DNA of 64,000 bases, taken from Marsupella aquatica. Taxonomy: Eukaryota; Plantae; Marchantiophyta. A program made the translations under genes and the position numbers. Below are positions 24,501-32,401 of the stretch, in pieces. A model generated the notes under the pieces. It did no database searches. It was not told the DNA's origin and worked only from the letters and a program-made list of their open reading frames with translations. How positions within the stretch are numbered: the first letter of the stretch is position 1; each line of letters starts with the position of its first letter. Where the stretch lies: positions 186,001-250,000 of the forward strand of contig OZ316891.1 of NCBI GenBank assembly GCA_973895155.1. The letters run 5' to 3'.

Positions 24501-26177
24501 ATGCCTGGTTGCTGCATCGGCAAGTCTTCCTTCCTGGGCCTAAACACCTGCTCGATCGTAGGACTAACAGGTGGTTGAGGCTTCTCAGCCAACGGCCTCG
24601 GTGTTGGAGCTTCCTCGGGTGCCCTTACCTGCAGGGGAAGTACCGGGGCAAAAGTCTGACCTCTGGCATACCGGCACAACAGCGGCATGTGATAGCCAAG
24701 CCGCGACACGCTCCCCATGCCGATTACCTGCTGCTCCTCCTTTAAGATCTTCTTCAATTGGTTGAGGAGGTACCCGTTGTAGTCCCGGCTTGGGTCTGGC
24801 CTTTCTGCCAGATAGACCTGTGCCTTGCCGATCTCTGCCCTCGGCAAGTTACAATGCATGGTCACCCGCAAGAAGTCGATCATCTCTCCTATGTGCGGGT
24901 TGGTGCAGGTGTTCCGGAAGAAGCCATTCTTCGTTGATGGCCCGGGGAACGACCGGAACTCCTTGTCAGGCAAGGTCTTCCTGGTATCAACTTTGGTCTT
25001 ATTGCCCATCGGCAAGCCAAACACTTCGGCAATTACCTTGGGAGTAAGATAGAAATCCTTCCCATATATCCTCGTGCAATTGGTCTCGGGTTCCCATGAC
25101 CCCACGAATTCTAATAGGTCTGACTCCGGTACCTCCGGCTTCAGCCATGGTAATCTTACAAAGGCCTCCAAGCCGGATCCGGCCATGAAGCCTTGGTACT
25201 TCTTGGTCTGCATGGCCGTAAAGCATGCATCCTCCTCCCGTGCAAAATGTAGTTGCACCTCCACCGGTAGGGTTGCCGCCCAGCCCTTCCAGGTGTCATC
25301 CCTGGTTGGAATGGCCTTGATGGGATCGACCTCCTCCTCTTCGGCTTCTCCCTGCCTCCTGCTCTGCTGCTCGGCTGGCTTCTTTGGTGCCGCCGACCTC
25401 GTTCTTTTTGCCGGGGTGGCTTCATCGTTGACGGCTCCCTTCCTCTTCATCTCTGCTGCCGTGGAGGTTTCTCCTAGCACCGTTGCCTGGGTCCACCTTT
25501 CCGTGCTACCCTTTAATTCCCAGTGGATGTCGTTGCAGTTCTTGATGGCCTCTCGGATGCCGACGACGCTGTCTTTGCAAAACAGAAGATCGTCGAGTTG
25601 ATTGGAAGTAGGCGTCCACAGGAACTCGTCCTTGATGAGTTCGCCTCCTAAGAAAGCCGTCTTGTGCAGCTCCCACAATTGAGCGAGCTCCTGCCGTTCT
25701 CGAGCTGCCCTTTCTGACTCCTCGTCCTCGTAAGTCTTGATGTACTCAGTTGCCCGTTCGAACAGGCATCCCCAGAAATGTGCCGCTTGATTGACGTTGC
25801 TCATACCCTCCTTAGGTTGATCGTCGGTATCTACTCTCTCCCCGAGTGCTTGCCTAAGCAGCTGACAGTAGTTGGCCTCCCGTAGTCGTCTGCCTAGTTC
25901 GTGCTCGCAAATGAGCCACCATCTCCTGCAAGCGCTCCTTACCCCTCTCCTCTGCCGGTCCTTCTTCCCGTTGATCCTTCCTAGCCGCCGACGCTTAACG
26001 CGCCCTAACCCTAATCGGGTTTTCACCCTTAGCCTTACCTCCGGCCTCTGCCCGGGTTCCATGGTTGCCCCTAATTGTTTATATTTTCCTTGTTTTGTCA
26101 CTATACTAAGGTGTTCCTAGGGTGCCTTCCTGCTTTACCCACTTAACCGGCCGAGTGATTCCTGTCTAGGCATCACA
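21554..26177 (-). repeat. 3' LTR of family A, 4,624 bp
   Basis: Direct repeat of 32402-37025 at offset 10,848; about 8 substitutions found by eye. Confidence 0.97.
22475..26101 (-). CDS. LTR-encoded 1208-aa protein (first ATG at 26062): PMD/Transposase_32-like domain plus long coiled coil
   Basis: Uninterrupted 3.6-kb ORF; FYLTPKVIAEVFGLP motif; E/K/Q heptad-rich C-terminal third; basic NLS-like KRKG and KKKRK. Confidence 0.85.
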   Translation of the reverse strand: MTKQGKYKQLGATMEPGQRPEVRLRVKTRLGLGRVKRRRLGRINGKKDRQRRGVRSACRRWWLICEHELGRRLREANYCQLLRQALGERVDTDDQPKEGMSNVNQAAHFWGCLFERATEYIKTYEDEESERAARERQELAQLWELHKTAFLGGELIKDEFLWTPTSNQLDDLLFCKDSVVGIREAIKNCNDIHWELKGSTERWTQATVLGETSTAAEMKRKGAVNDEATPAKRTRSAAPKKPAEQQSRRQGEAEEEEVDPIKAIPTRDDTWKGWAATLPVEVQLHFAREEDACFTAMQTKKYQGFMAGSGLEAFVRLPWLKPEVPESDLLEFVGSWEPETNCTRIYGKDFYLTPKVIAEVFGLPMGNKTKVDTRKTLPDKEFRSFPGPSTKNGFFRNTCTNPHIGEMIDFLRVTMHCNLPRAEIGKAQVYLAERPDPSRDYNGYLLNQLKKILKEEQQVIGMGSVSRLGYHMPLLCRYARGQTFAPVLPLQVRAPEEAPTPRPLAEKPQPPVSPTIEQVFRPRKEDLPMQQPGMQSLLKLLEKEKKSASATTTATATMQDTTTEVGLHRLTRENPFAGDKERIRPESKPGVRMYVGTSSSESEAELPEAPTEEEEREKPEIQEVEEAVEDCSHDNSGYGSDHHVPGVRTCGRFVPTLPRVVRGDPNQQSSPESPPPDVAPPSFDGIKQTVQEFQERIKQEEEAALAKEKDLPGGDWPEDIRRLAEKGSKPLATIEEIRRTAWEQRPRWAMPITSTYSTYAKNRAMEYGEMCGELALGIFGEELEVGPFFHREQLEKHQLEEAVALERSKKDEVIRRLRRMGAEIEDLRAAKKAQDELRIKRHELNIMQGQLDAVQADNQNIKDKLTQTQEELADTIKEREKWKQELKNTEEAHITANSRAMAETQRKEWALKGELEKIRGALEQKEVELGKSYQGIMALQQELASLTASFKADLREKDEMLEQTYAKMNQMESVIIAELDKELRATQEEKATLKKELEEAHREQEEAKNELEGARKDLDETQEELEEITRKMENLQRRADNQTERLKKQAAVFKCLAAAGPSPVGTNQLPGVVIAEGQAAPPAPVPEVSGKGKGPAAEPPTKKKRKPSGSRSNTTSQVVVIKEVDPAPTPDRVTAKDPTTLGEGEAEAVGLAEAEAVGVVEAEAEGGPSQADGELTRSRAGNLSVGGPTAVAEEEVLGASIEDPPPVS

Positions 26178-29100
26178 TAGCTCCCCACTTAATTGTGAAG
26201 CGTCCTCGCGAACAACTTCATCTTCGTCCATATAGTATTTCTTGAGGTGGTCATAATGGATGCGAACTGGATATACCTCTCCCGTAATGTTGGCCAATTG
26301 CACGGAGCCATTGGGGAACATCATGGTTACTCTAAAGGGTCCTAACCAGCGAGTGTAAAGCTTTCCTGGAAACCTACTATACCTACTGTCATAAAGTAGC
26401 ACAAGATCACCGGTATGAACACTAACTACTTTTAACCTTTTATCATACTGCTGCTTCATGATATTCTGTCTATATTCTACTCTCTCGGCTGAAATCATTC
26501 TCGCTTCCTCTAAAGCTTCTAACCTATATTCTCGCTCCTTTAGGCTCTCCTCCGCTGAGGCTCTTTCCTCAATTGTAACTTGAAATGTCGGTATCTCAAG
26601 TTGCATGGGTACCAGGGCTTCTTGTCCAAAGGTTAAGAAGAAGGGTGTATGACCGGTAGTGGATTTATAGGCCAGATTGTAAGCAAAAACAGCAGCAAAC
26701 AATTTATCATCCCAATCGAGTTTGTTCTGAGCTACTGTCTTGTTCAATATCTTTCCTATGATTCCGTTTGCTCGTTCTGTCAACCCGTTTGCCTTTGGAT
26801 GGTAGGGAGTAGTAGGCCTATGTTTAACTAAATACTGCTCATTTAAACGACTAATTATATCATTCAAAAAATGGGTTCCTCTATCACTAACTAATTCTAG
26901 GGGTGCTCCATACCTGGTGAAGATCTGCTCATACATGAATCTAGCCGTAGTAATTGCATCATCCTTCGTTGTTGGTCTGGCCTCTACCCATTTAGTTGCA
27001 TAATCCGTAGCCAGGATTATGTACTTGTTCCGTCGAGGGTGGGTCAGTGGTTTCAGAGGTCCAATGTAATCAATACCCCACTTCTCGAATGGTGCCAGAG
27101 GTAGAATAGGGTGCAGTGGATGCCTGGTGGACGCCCTTGGTCCTCCCGCTCGTTGACAAGGATCGCATTGTTTGATAAACTGATAGACATCTTTGTGCAA
27201 GGTGGGCCACCAGTAACCGGCATTTAATATCTTCTTAGACGTGGTTACTGGGGCAAAATATCCTCCGGCCTCCTCTCCATGCATGGCCCGTAGGACTCGT
27301 TTTACCTCTCTCTTCTCCAAACACCTTTGAATCGTGCCGTTGATTCCATGCTTGTGCAGTATGCCTTTAATGCACTGATATTGTCTGACCTTCCGCACAA
27401 AGACTGCGGCTTGCTCTCGGCTTAATCCTGGCTGTAATCTGGAAGTGCTGAGAAATTGTAAAATCTCAGGGTACCATGTACCAGCTATTTCCACAACGAA
27501 TAGCTCCTCGTCGGGGAATCGATCATCGATGCAATCTGTGGCAGGTTTACCTGTGATCCTTGAAAAGAAGTCGGCATTGGCATGTAACTTTCCTGGCTTG
27601 ATCCTCAGCTCATAGTCAAACTCCTGTAATAGCAAAATCCATCTTGCTACTCTGCCTGTAAGGTCCGGCTTATTGACTAGGTACTTCAAACTTTCATGAT
27701 CAGTATGAAAGATTACCTTGTACCCTAGTAAATAATGCCTAAACTTTTTACAAGAATAAATGACTCCTAATGCTTCTCTTTCCGTGGTAGAGTAGTTCCG
27801 TTCGGCATCGGCAAGCTGACGGCTTGCGAAGTATATGGGATGGTCCCTTCCTTTCTCATCCAACTGACTTAGTACTGAGCCAATACAGAAGCCCGAGACA
27901 TCTACAAAAACATGAAAATCTTTGTTCCAGTCCGGTGCTATCATGACTGGGGCCTCTACTAACATCTGCTTCAATTCTACCACCGCTGTGACTCGTTCGG
28001 GTGTGGGTTCGAAGTCTGCTCCTGCCTTGAGCATATTGGTTAATGGTAAAGCTAGCTTGGCAAAATCCTTGATGAACCGGCGATAGTAACCAATGCATCC
28101 CAAGAAGGATCTTACATCCTTTATGTTCTTAGGTTGCATGATATCTAGCCATACTGCTAGCTTACCTTTGTCAATCTCAATGCCCTTCCTTGATACCTTG
28201 TGACCTAGTAGCACCCCCTCGGTTACTGCAAAAAAACATTTATCTGGGTGTAACTTGAGACCCACCTCCCTACATCTCATGAAGGTTTTCCTGAGGTATT
28301 TAGCATGTTTCGATGCCTTCCCGAATACTGCAAAGTCATCAATGAAGATTTCCATGAACTTTCTCAAGTAATCATGAAAAATGTTCACCATTAATCGTTG
28401 GAACATAGCTGGTGCGTTGCAGAGTCCAAACGGCATACGATTGAAGACATAGATCCCCCATTCCGTGATGAAGGCCGTCTTGATTTGGTCTTCCTGCCAA
28501 ATCCTGATTTGGTTATAACCAGAGTATCCATCCATGAATGAATATAGTTCATGACTGGCTACCATGTCTAGTACCATATCAGTAAACGGTAAAGGAAAAT
28601 GGTCTTTTAATGTTGCTTCATTCAGCTTCCTGTAATCCTGACAAACCCGGATCTTGGGTTTACCATCGGGTCCAGCTTTCTTGGGAACTATCACAATTGG
28701 AGACACCCAGTCTGAATGCAGGACTGGAGTGATGAATCCAGCTTCCACTAGTTTGTCGATTTCTGTTTTGACTAGCAGGGAATACTTCGGGTTCATCCTT
28801 CGAATTGGTTGTCGAAATGATTTGGCTCCTAACATGAGATCAATTCGATGTTCCCCTAGTGTTGGATCTACGCCCTTTAGATCTTGGTGACTCCATGCAA
28901 ACACATCCTGAAATTCAATCAATAAGTCACTGATCTCTTTCTCGAGCTCAGGTGCTAGGTTTCTCCCTAAGTTCAGTTCTCTTCCCTCTCCTAAGTCGAG
29001 CTTCCGATATTGCCGTGCTTGGATCATATTAATCTGCTTCTTCAAATTCGGGTCCAGTTCGGCTTCCAGTCTCTCTAATCTCATACCTCCATAAACTGGG

Positions 29101-29432
29101 ATCTCGGCTGGACTAGCCGAGTCGGTCCCTTCCTTGGTGTCCATAGATTGTCCCCTTACCGGTCTATTCGGTTTTGAATTAGTGGTCGGCTCCCCTTCCT
29201 GCCTTGGCTCTGGATCTTGTCTGTCCATCTCATCCACCTCTTGCTCCTGAGAGTTAGGCCGCTGTGCTCTCTCGGCTTCTAATAGGGCCTCAATTTGTTC
29301 TGCCCTCGTAATCGGCTTGTATGCCGATCCCTTGGTATTTAATTCCTTGCCGATGATCGATGGCGTTGTGGACCCCGTCGGCTCTGCCACAACGCCTGCA
29401 GAAAATCCACTGTCCCTGCTACTGCTCCCCAC
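26166..29432 (-). CDS. pol: Pol: reverse transcriptase, RNase H, integrase
   Basis: RVCQDYRKLN, MPFGLCNAP, FIDD, DVSG...EREALG...TDH, H/C zinc region, WGIDYIGP...SDRG...TERAN, WLGPF. Confidence 0.97.
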   Translation of the reverse strand: MGSSSRDSGFSAGVVAEPTGSTTPSIIGKELNTKGSAYKPITRAEQIEALLEAERAQRPNSQEQEVDEMDRQDPEPRQEGEPTTNSKPNRPVRGQSMDTKEGTDSASPAEIPVYGGMRLERLEAELDPNLKKQINMIQARQYRKLDLGEGRELNLGRNLAPELEKEISDLLIEFQDVFAWSHQDLKGVDPTLGEHRIDLMLGAKSFRQPIRRMNPKYSLLVKTEIDKLVEAGFITPVLHSDWVSPIVIVPKKAGPDGKPKIRVCQDYRKLNEATLKDHFPLPFTDMVLDMVASHELYSFMDGYSGYNQIRIWQEDQIKTAFITEWGIYVFNRMPFGLCNAPAMFQRLMVNIFHDYLRKFMEIFIDDFAVFGKASKHAKYLRKTFMRCREVGLKLHPDKCFFAVTEGVLLGHKVSRKGIEIDKGKLAVWLDIMQPKNIKDVRSFLGCIGYYRRFIKDFAKLALPLTNMLKAGADFEPTPERVTAVVELKQMLVEAPVMIAPDWNKDFHVFVDVSGFCIGSVLSQLDEKGRDHPIYFASRQLADAERNYSTTEREALGVIYSCKKFRHYLLGYKVIFHTDHESLKYLVNKPDLTGRVARWILLLQEFDYELRIKPGKLHANADFFSRITGKPATDCIDDRFPDEELFVVEIAGTWYPEILQFLSTSRLQPGLSREQAAVFVRKVRQYQCIKGILHKHGINGTIQRCLEKREVKRVLRAMHGEEAGGYFAPVTTSKKILNAGYWWPTLHKDVYQFIKQCDPCQRAGGPRASTRHPLHPILPLAPFEKWGIDYIGPLKPLTHPRRNKYIILATDYATKWVEARPTTKDDAITTARFMYEQIFTRYGAPLELVSDRGTHFLNDIISRLNEQYLVKHRPTTPYHPKANGLTERANGIIGKILNKTVAQNKLDWDDKLFAAVFAYNLAYKSTTGHTPFFLTFGQEALVPMQLEIPTFQVTIEERASAEESLKEREYRLEALEEARMISAERVEYRQNIMKQQYDKRLKVVSVHTGDLVLLYDSRYSRFPGKLYTRWLGPFRVTMMFPNGSVQLANITGEVYPVRIHYDHLKKYYMDEDEVVREDASQLSGELCDA
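26178..26190 (-). promoter_or_regulatory. Polypurine tract AAGTGGGGAGCTA (inside the integrase reading frame)
   Basis: Directly abuts the TG of the 3' LTR. Confidence 0.85.
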
Positions 29433-32332
29433 TTAGCCGTTTCATCCAATTGGTCTACTTCCTTAACTTCCTCCGGAATTGCAGCTAAAAAGGTGGATTC
29501 TATTGTAAAGCAGTCCTCGACCTCTTCGTCTTCTTCTTCCAAGTCACCTTCCATTGGTTCTTGCCATAATCCGCTGGGGGGTACCTCTGGTCCAAAGACA
29601 CCTTCTTCGGTTAGGTTAGTGAAGCATTCTAACCAACGTACTTCATCGGCTGACTCCAGTCCACTATCGTACCCATCTACTTCCCTTATGCTTTTCCTAC
29701 GGTCATCCTTAGTGTCCCAGGATACCGTGATAGAGGGGGTCCCGAAAGTGAACTGCTTTTTACCCCAATCTTCTATTACCTCGGCTAGGTACAGCCATGG
29801 CCTACCAATCAATAGCCGGAATGACGTAGGATTTACCGGCTTCATTACTACATAGTTAATGCTAAAGAAGATACCTCCTATCTCTGTCTTGATGCCGGTT
29901 AACACTCCCGTCGGAATGACCTGATATCCATTGGCCATGTTCAACACTCTTCCAGTCATCTCCGGTGTTAGACCCCACCCTTTTGCTGTTGAATCAATCA
30001 TAATACATACCCCTGATCCTCCATCGATGGGTACCCGTAGTAATAATTCTCCTTGAATCATTAATGGTAATGCTGGGGCTCCTTGATCTTCTTCTATCAT
30101 TAGTACGTCGGATCTGGTTGCTACCTTGGGTAATCTCGGCTTGCCGAGAATAGCCTTCCTTAATTGCTTCCGGAAGTACGGGCTATTTTTCAATAGTTGA
30201 CCTACTGTTGCCGAGACTCTAGATTCTAGTACATCTTTAGCCAGGTCATAGGGAACAATCGGCTTCTCTTCTGGTGGTGTTTCCGTCTTGGATTCGGCCA
30301 GTTTTGCCACGCTAGTCTCCACAGCTGTTGGGTCTTCCGAAGCAAACAATGCTTTTGCTCGTTTTACATCCTTGGCAATGGCTTCGGTATTCTCCAGGGT
30401 TTCTAATTCTCTTAGTTGTTCCTTAACACTAGCCGTAACAGAGGGGTAGAACAACTTAGGATGATCTCGATTGAAGTCGCTATCTTGTGAAGGATTGGTT
30501 TCACTGGTGGGCTCATGGCTTACCTGTATTGCCGGAGCCCTCCCTTCTCCTTCTGTTGATGTTGACGAAGAGTCGATCCTTTCCTCCGTAACCTTCCCTT
30601 TATTTTTGGCCAGCCCATCCCACCTTTCCTTCCTTCTGGTAGATCGAGTAGAGACCCGGTAGCAATCATGATCTAAATCCTCCTCTGAGAAGGTTGATAG
30701 GGCTTCGGCCTCATCATCAGATGGTACGAACTCTGCCTCGGCATCCTCTTGCCATCCTAGTTCGATGTGGTTGATTTGAACTCCTCCGGGGGTAGTACCT
30801 GGCGGTAAGATCTTGATCGGCAAAAGCTTATGATTTGCGGCCAGGCCTGCCAACCAAGTAGGACATTGCCCTAGCATATGACCTTCCTGTCGGCATCCCA
30901 TACATAGCTGAGCTGGTTGTCCATCACCCTGTTTGCGTGCATTCGGGCATTCTCTAGCAAAATGGCCAGGTTGACCACAATTATAGCACGCCGCAAATCT
31001 TTGCACATTCGGCCTAGGAGGTACTGACGGGTTCTGAATAATCCGAGGATACATCTCTCCTGGATTGTTCCTTAACCCTGACCACAGAGATGCAGGTCTG
31101 TTGGATAGGTCTCGTGCTCCAGTCTCACTGATGCCGAAAACACTATCAGCGGCATCTCCCAAAAAGTACTCTACTTCTCCCTGACATGGTCTGATCTCGG
31201 CCACATGTCGAACATGATTAGTATTAAGCTTAGGACAAGCATCTTTATGGTGTCCGGTTTTATAACATAAGGCACACCATACAGAGCTATCCTCCTGTAC
31301 TACCTTCTTCTTTGGTTTTACCTCTGCAATGATAGCCTTAAGTTGCTCGGTAAGGGCTACGATGTTATCTGGTGGCTTAGCCTCCATCTTGACTTTTGTC
31401 TTCCCTCTCCTTCTGCCCTTCCTTTTCCTAGTTTTTTCTTCTTCAAAACTAGAAGATGACTCACTCTTGCTACTCCCACTATCCGAGCTTGACTTATCAC
31501 TTCTAGACTTCTTGGAATGTTTCTTCTTCTTATCTTTTTTCTTATGGGGTGATCCCTCCTCTGATGAGGAACTCTCAGACTTAAGCTGTTTCTTCCGGCT
31601 TGTGATATCTGCATTAATGTATAATTGAATATCCTTAATTGCTTCGGCTAAGGTCTCCGGGTTCTCCTTCCTAATTGCAAAACTCATCTTCTGTGGCAAA
31701 GCATTCACCAACCATTGAAGTTGCATACCTTCAGATGCATTGGTCTTTGTACGTCTTACCAGTTTTTGAAAGCGTTGCAAGAACTTCCTGAAGGATTTGT
31801 TCTCCTTGAACCGAAGTTGTCCCAACTTCAGCACTGCTAGTTCTGAAGTTCCAATGGGTCGAAACTCCTTAACAAAGAGTGTTTTGAAGATATCCCAGAT
31901 GGCTTGATCTTCCACATCTAATGCTCTGTACCAAGGCCTAGCCTCACCCTTGAACAGGCCGGGAAGAATCTGCATCTTGATGGCCGATTCTCCATTTGCT
32001 GCAGCGGTTCCCTCGAAATCATCCAACCATTCGTCCGGATCCTCATCTCCTCTCCCATGAAATGCCTTGTAATGTATGCGCGACCGCTGGCTCAATCTGG
32101 TCCCTGGCCTCTCGTCTGGCCGTGCCTCTGGTTCCCCCATGTCGGTTGGAGACTCACTTCTCCTTACCGACTCTTCTTCTGGTATGTCTTCTTCGACGCC
32201 ACTTCCAGTTTCGGAGCTACCAGCTCTTTCTGCCCCTCTCAGTCGCTGTGTATCATGCCACCCGGCGAGCTGCTGCAGTCGAGCTCTCTCCCGTTGAATC
32301 ACTCTTTCTTCCCTCGGCGTAAGGTCAGTCAT
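29339..32332 (-). CDS. gag: Gag-protease polyprotein
   Basis: Capsid FHGRGDEDPDEWLDDFE; three CCHC knuckles; protease IDGGSG...LIGRPWL. Confidence 0.95.
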   Translation of the reverse strand: MTDLTPREERVIQRERARLQQLAGWHDTQRLRGAERAGSSETGSGVEEDIPEEESVRRSESPTDMGEPEARPDERPGTRLSQRSRIHYKAFHGRGDEDPDEWLDDFEGTAAANGESAIKMQILPGLFKGEARPWYRALDVEDQAIWDIFKTLFVKEFRPIGTSELAVLKLGQLRFKENKSFRKFLQRFQKLVRRTKTNASEGMQLQWLVNALPQKMSFAIRKENPETLAEAIKDIQLYINADITSRKKQLKSESSSSEEGSPHKKKDKKKKHSKKSRSDKSSSDSGSSKSESSSSFEEEKTRKRKGRRRGKTKVKMEAKPPDNIVALTEQLKAIIAEVKPKKKVVQEDSSVWCALCYKTGHHKDACPKLNTNHVRHVAEIRPCQGEVEYFLGDAADSVFGISETGARDLSNRPASLWSGLRNNPGEMYPRIIQNPSVPPRPNVQRFAACYNCGQPGHFARECPNARKQGDGQPAQLCMGCRQEGHMLGQCPTWLAGLAANHKLLPIKILPPGTTPGGVQINHIELGWQEDAEAEFVPSDDEAEALSTFSEEDLDHDCYRVSTRSTRRKERWDGLAKNKGKVTEERIDSSSTSTEGEGRAPAIQVSHEPTSETNPSQDSDFNRDHPKLFYPSVTASVKEQLRELETLENTEAIAKDVKRAKALFASEDPTAVETSVAKLAESKTETPPEEKPIVPYDLAKDVLESRVSATVGQLLKNSPYFRKQLRKAILGKPRLPKVATRSDVLMIEEDQGAPALPLMIQGELLLRVPIDGGSGVCIMIDSTAKGWGLTPEMTGRVLNMANGYQVIPTGVLTGIKTEIGGIFFSINYVVMKPVNPTSFRLLIGRPWLYLAEVIEDWGKKQFTFGTPSITVSWDTKDDRRKSIREVDGYDSGLESADEVRWLECFTNLTEEGVFGPEVPPSGLWQEPMEGDLEEEDEEVEDCFTIESTFLAAIPEEVKEVDQLDETAKWGAVAGTVDFLQALWQSRRGPQRHRSSARN
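29349..29408 (-). promoter_or_regulatory. Putative -1 ribosomal frameshift signal (G GAU UUU plus pseudoknot)
   Basis: Heptamer 29408-29402 in the gag frame, 5-nt spacer, 10-bp stem GGCGTTGTGG/CCACAACGCC, loop GCCGA complementary to downstream TCGGC; pol is in the -1 frame. Confidence 0.7.
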
Positions 32333-32379
32333 TACCTACGCTTCCGTTCTAACTTCATATCTCACGGCTTAAGAAATGC

Positions 32380-32397
32380 CCCCTCCATCTAGCGCCA
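32380..32397 (-). promoter_or_regulatory. Primer-binding-site-like TGGCGCTAGATGGAGGGG
   Basis: TGG-initiated, 4 nt after the 5' LTR; primer tRNA not assigned. Confidence 0.75.
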
Positions 32398-32401
32398 AAA
32401 A

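Noticed and set aside
22475-26101. LTR ORF as an envelope gene
   Set aside because: No signal peptide or transmembrane stretch seen; the protein is charged, coiled-coil rich and has NLS-like motifs
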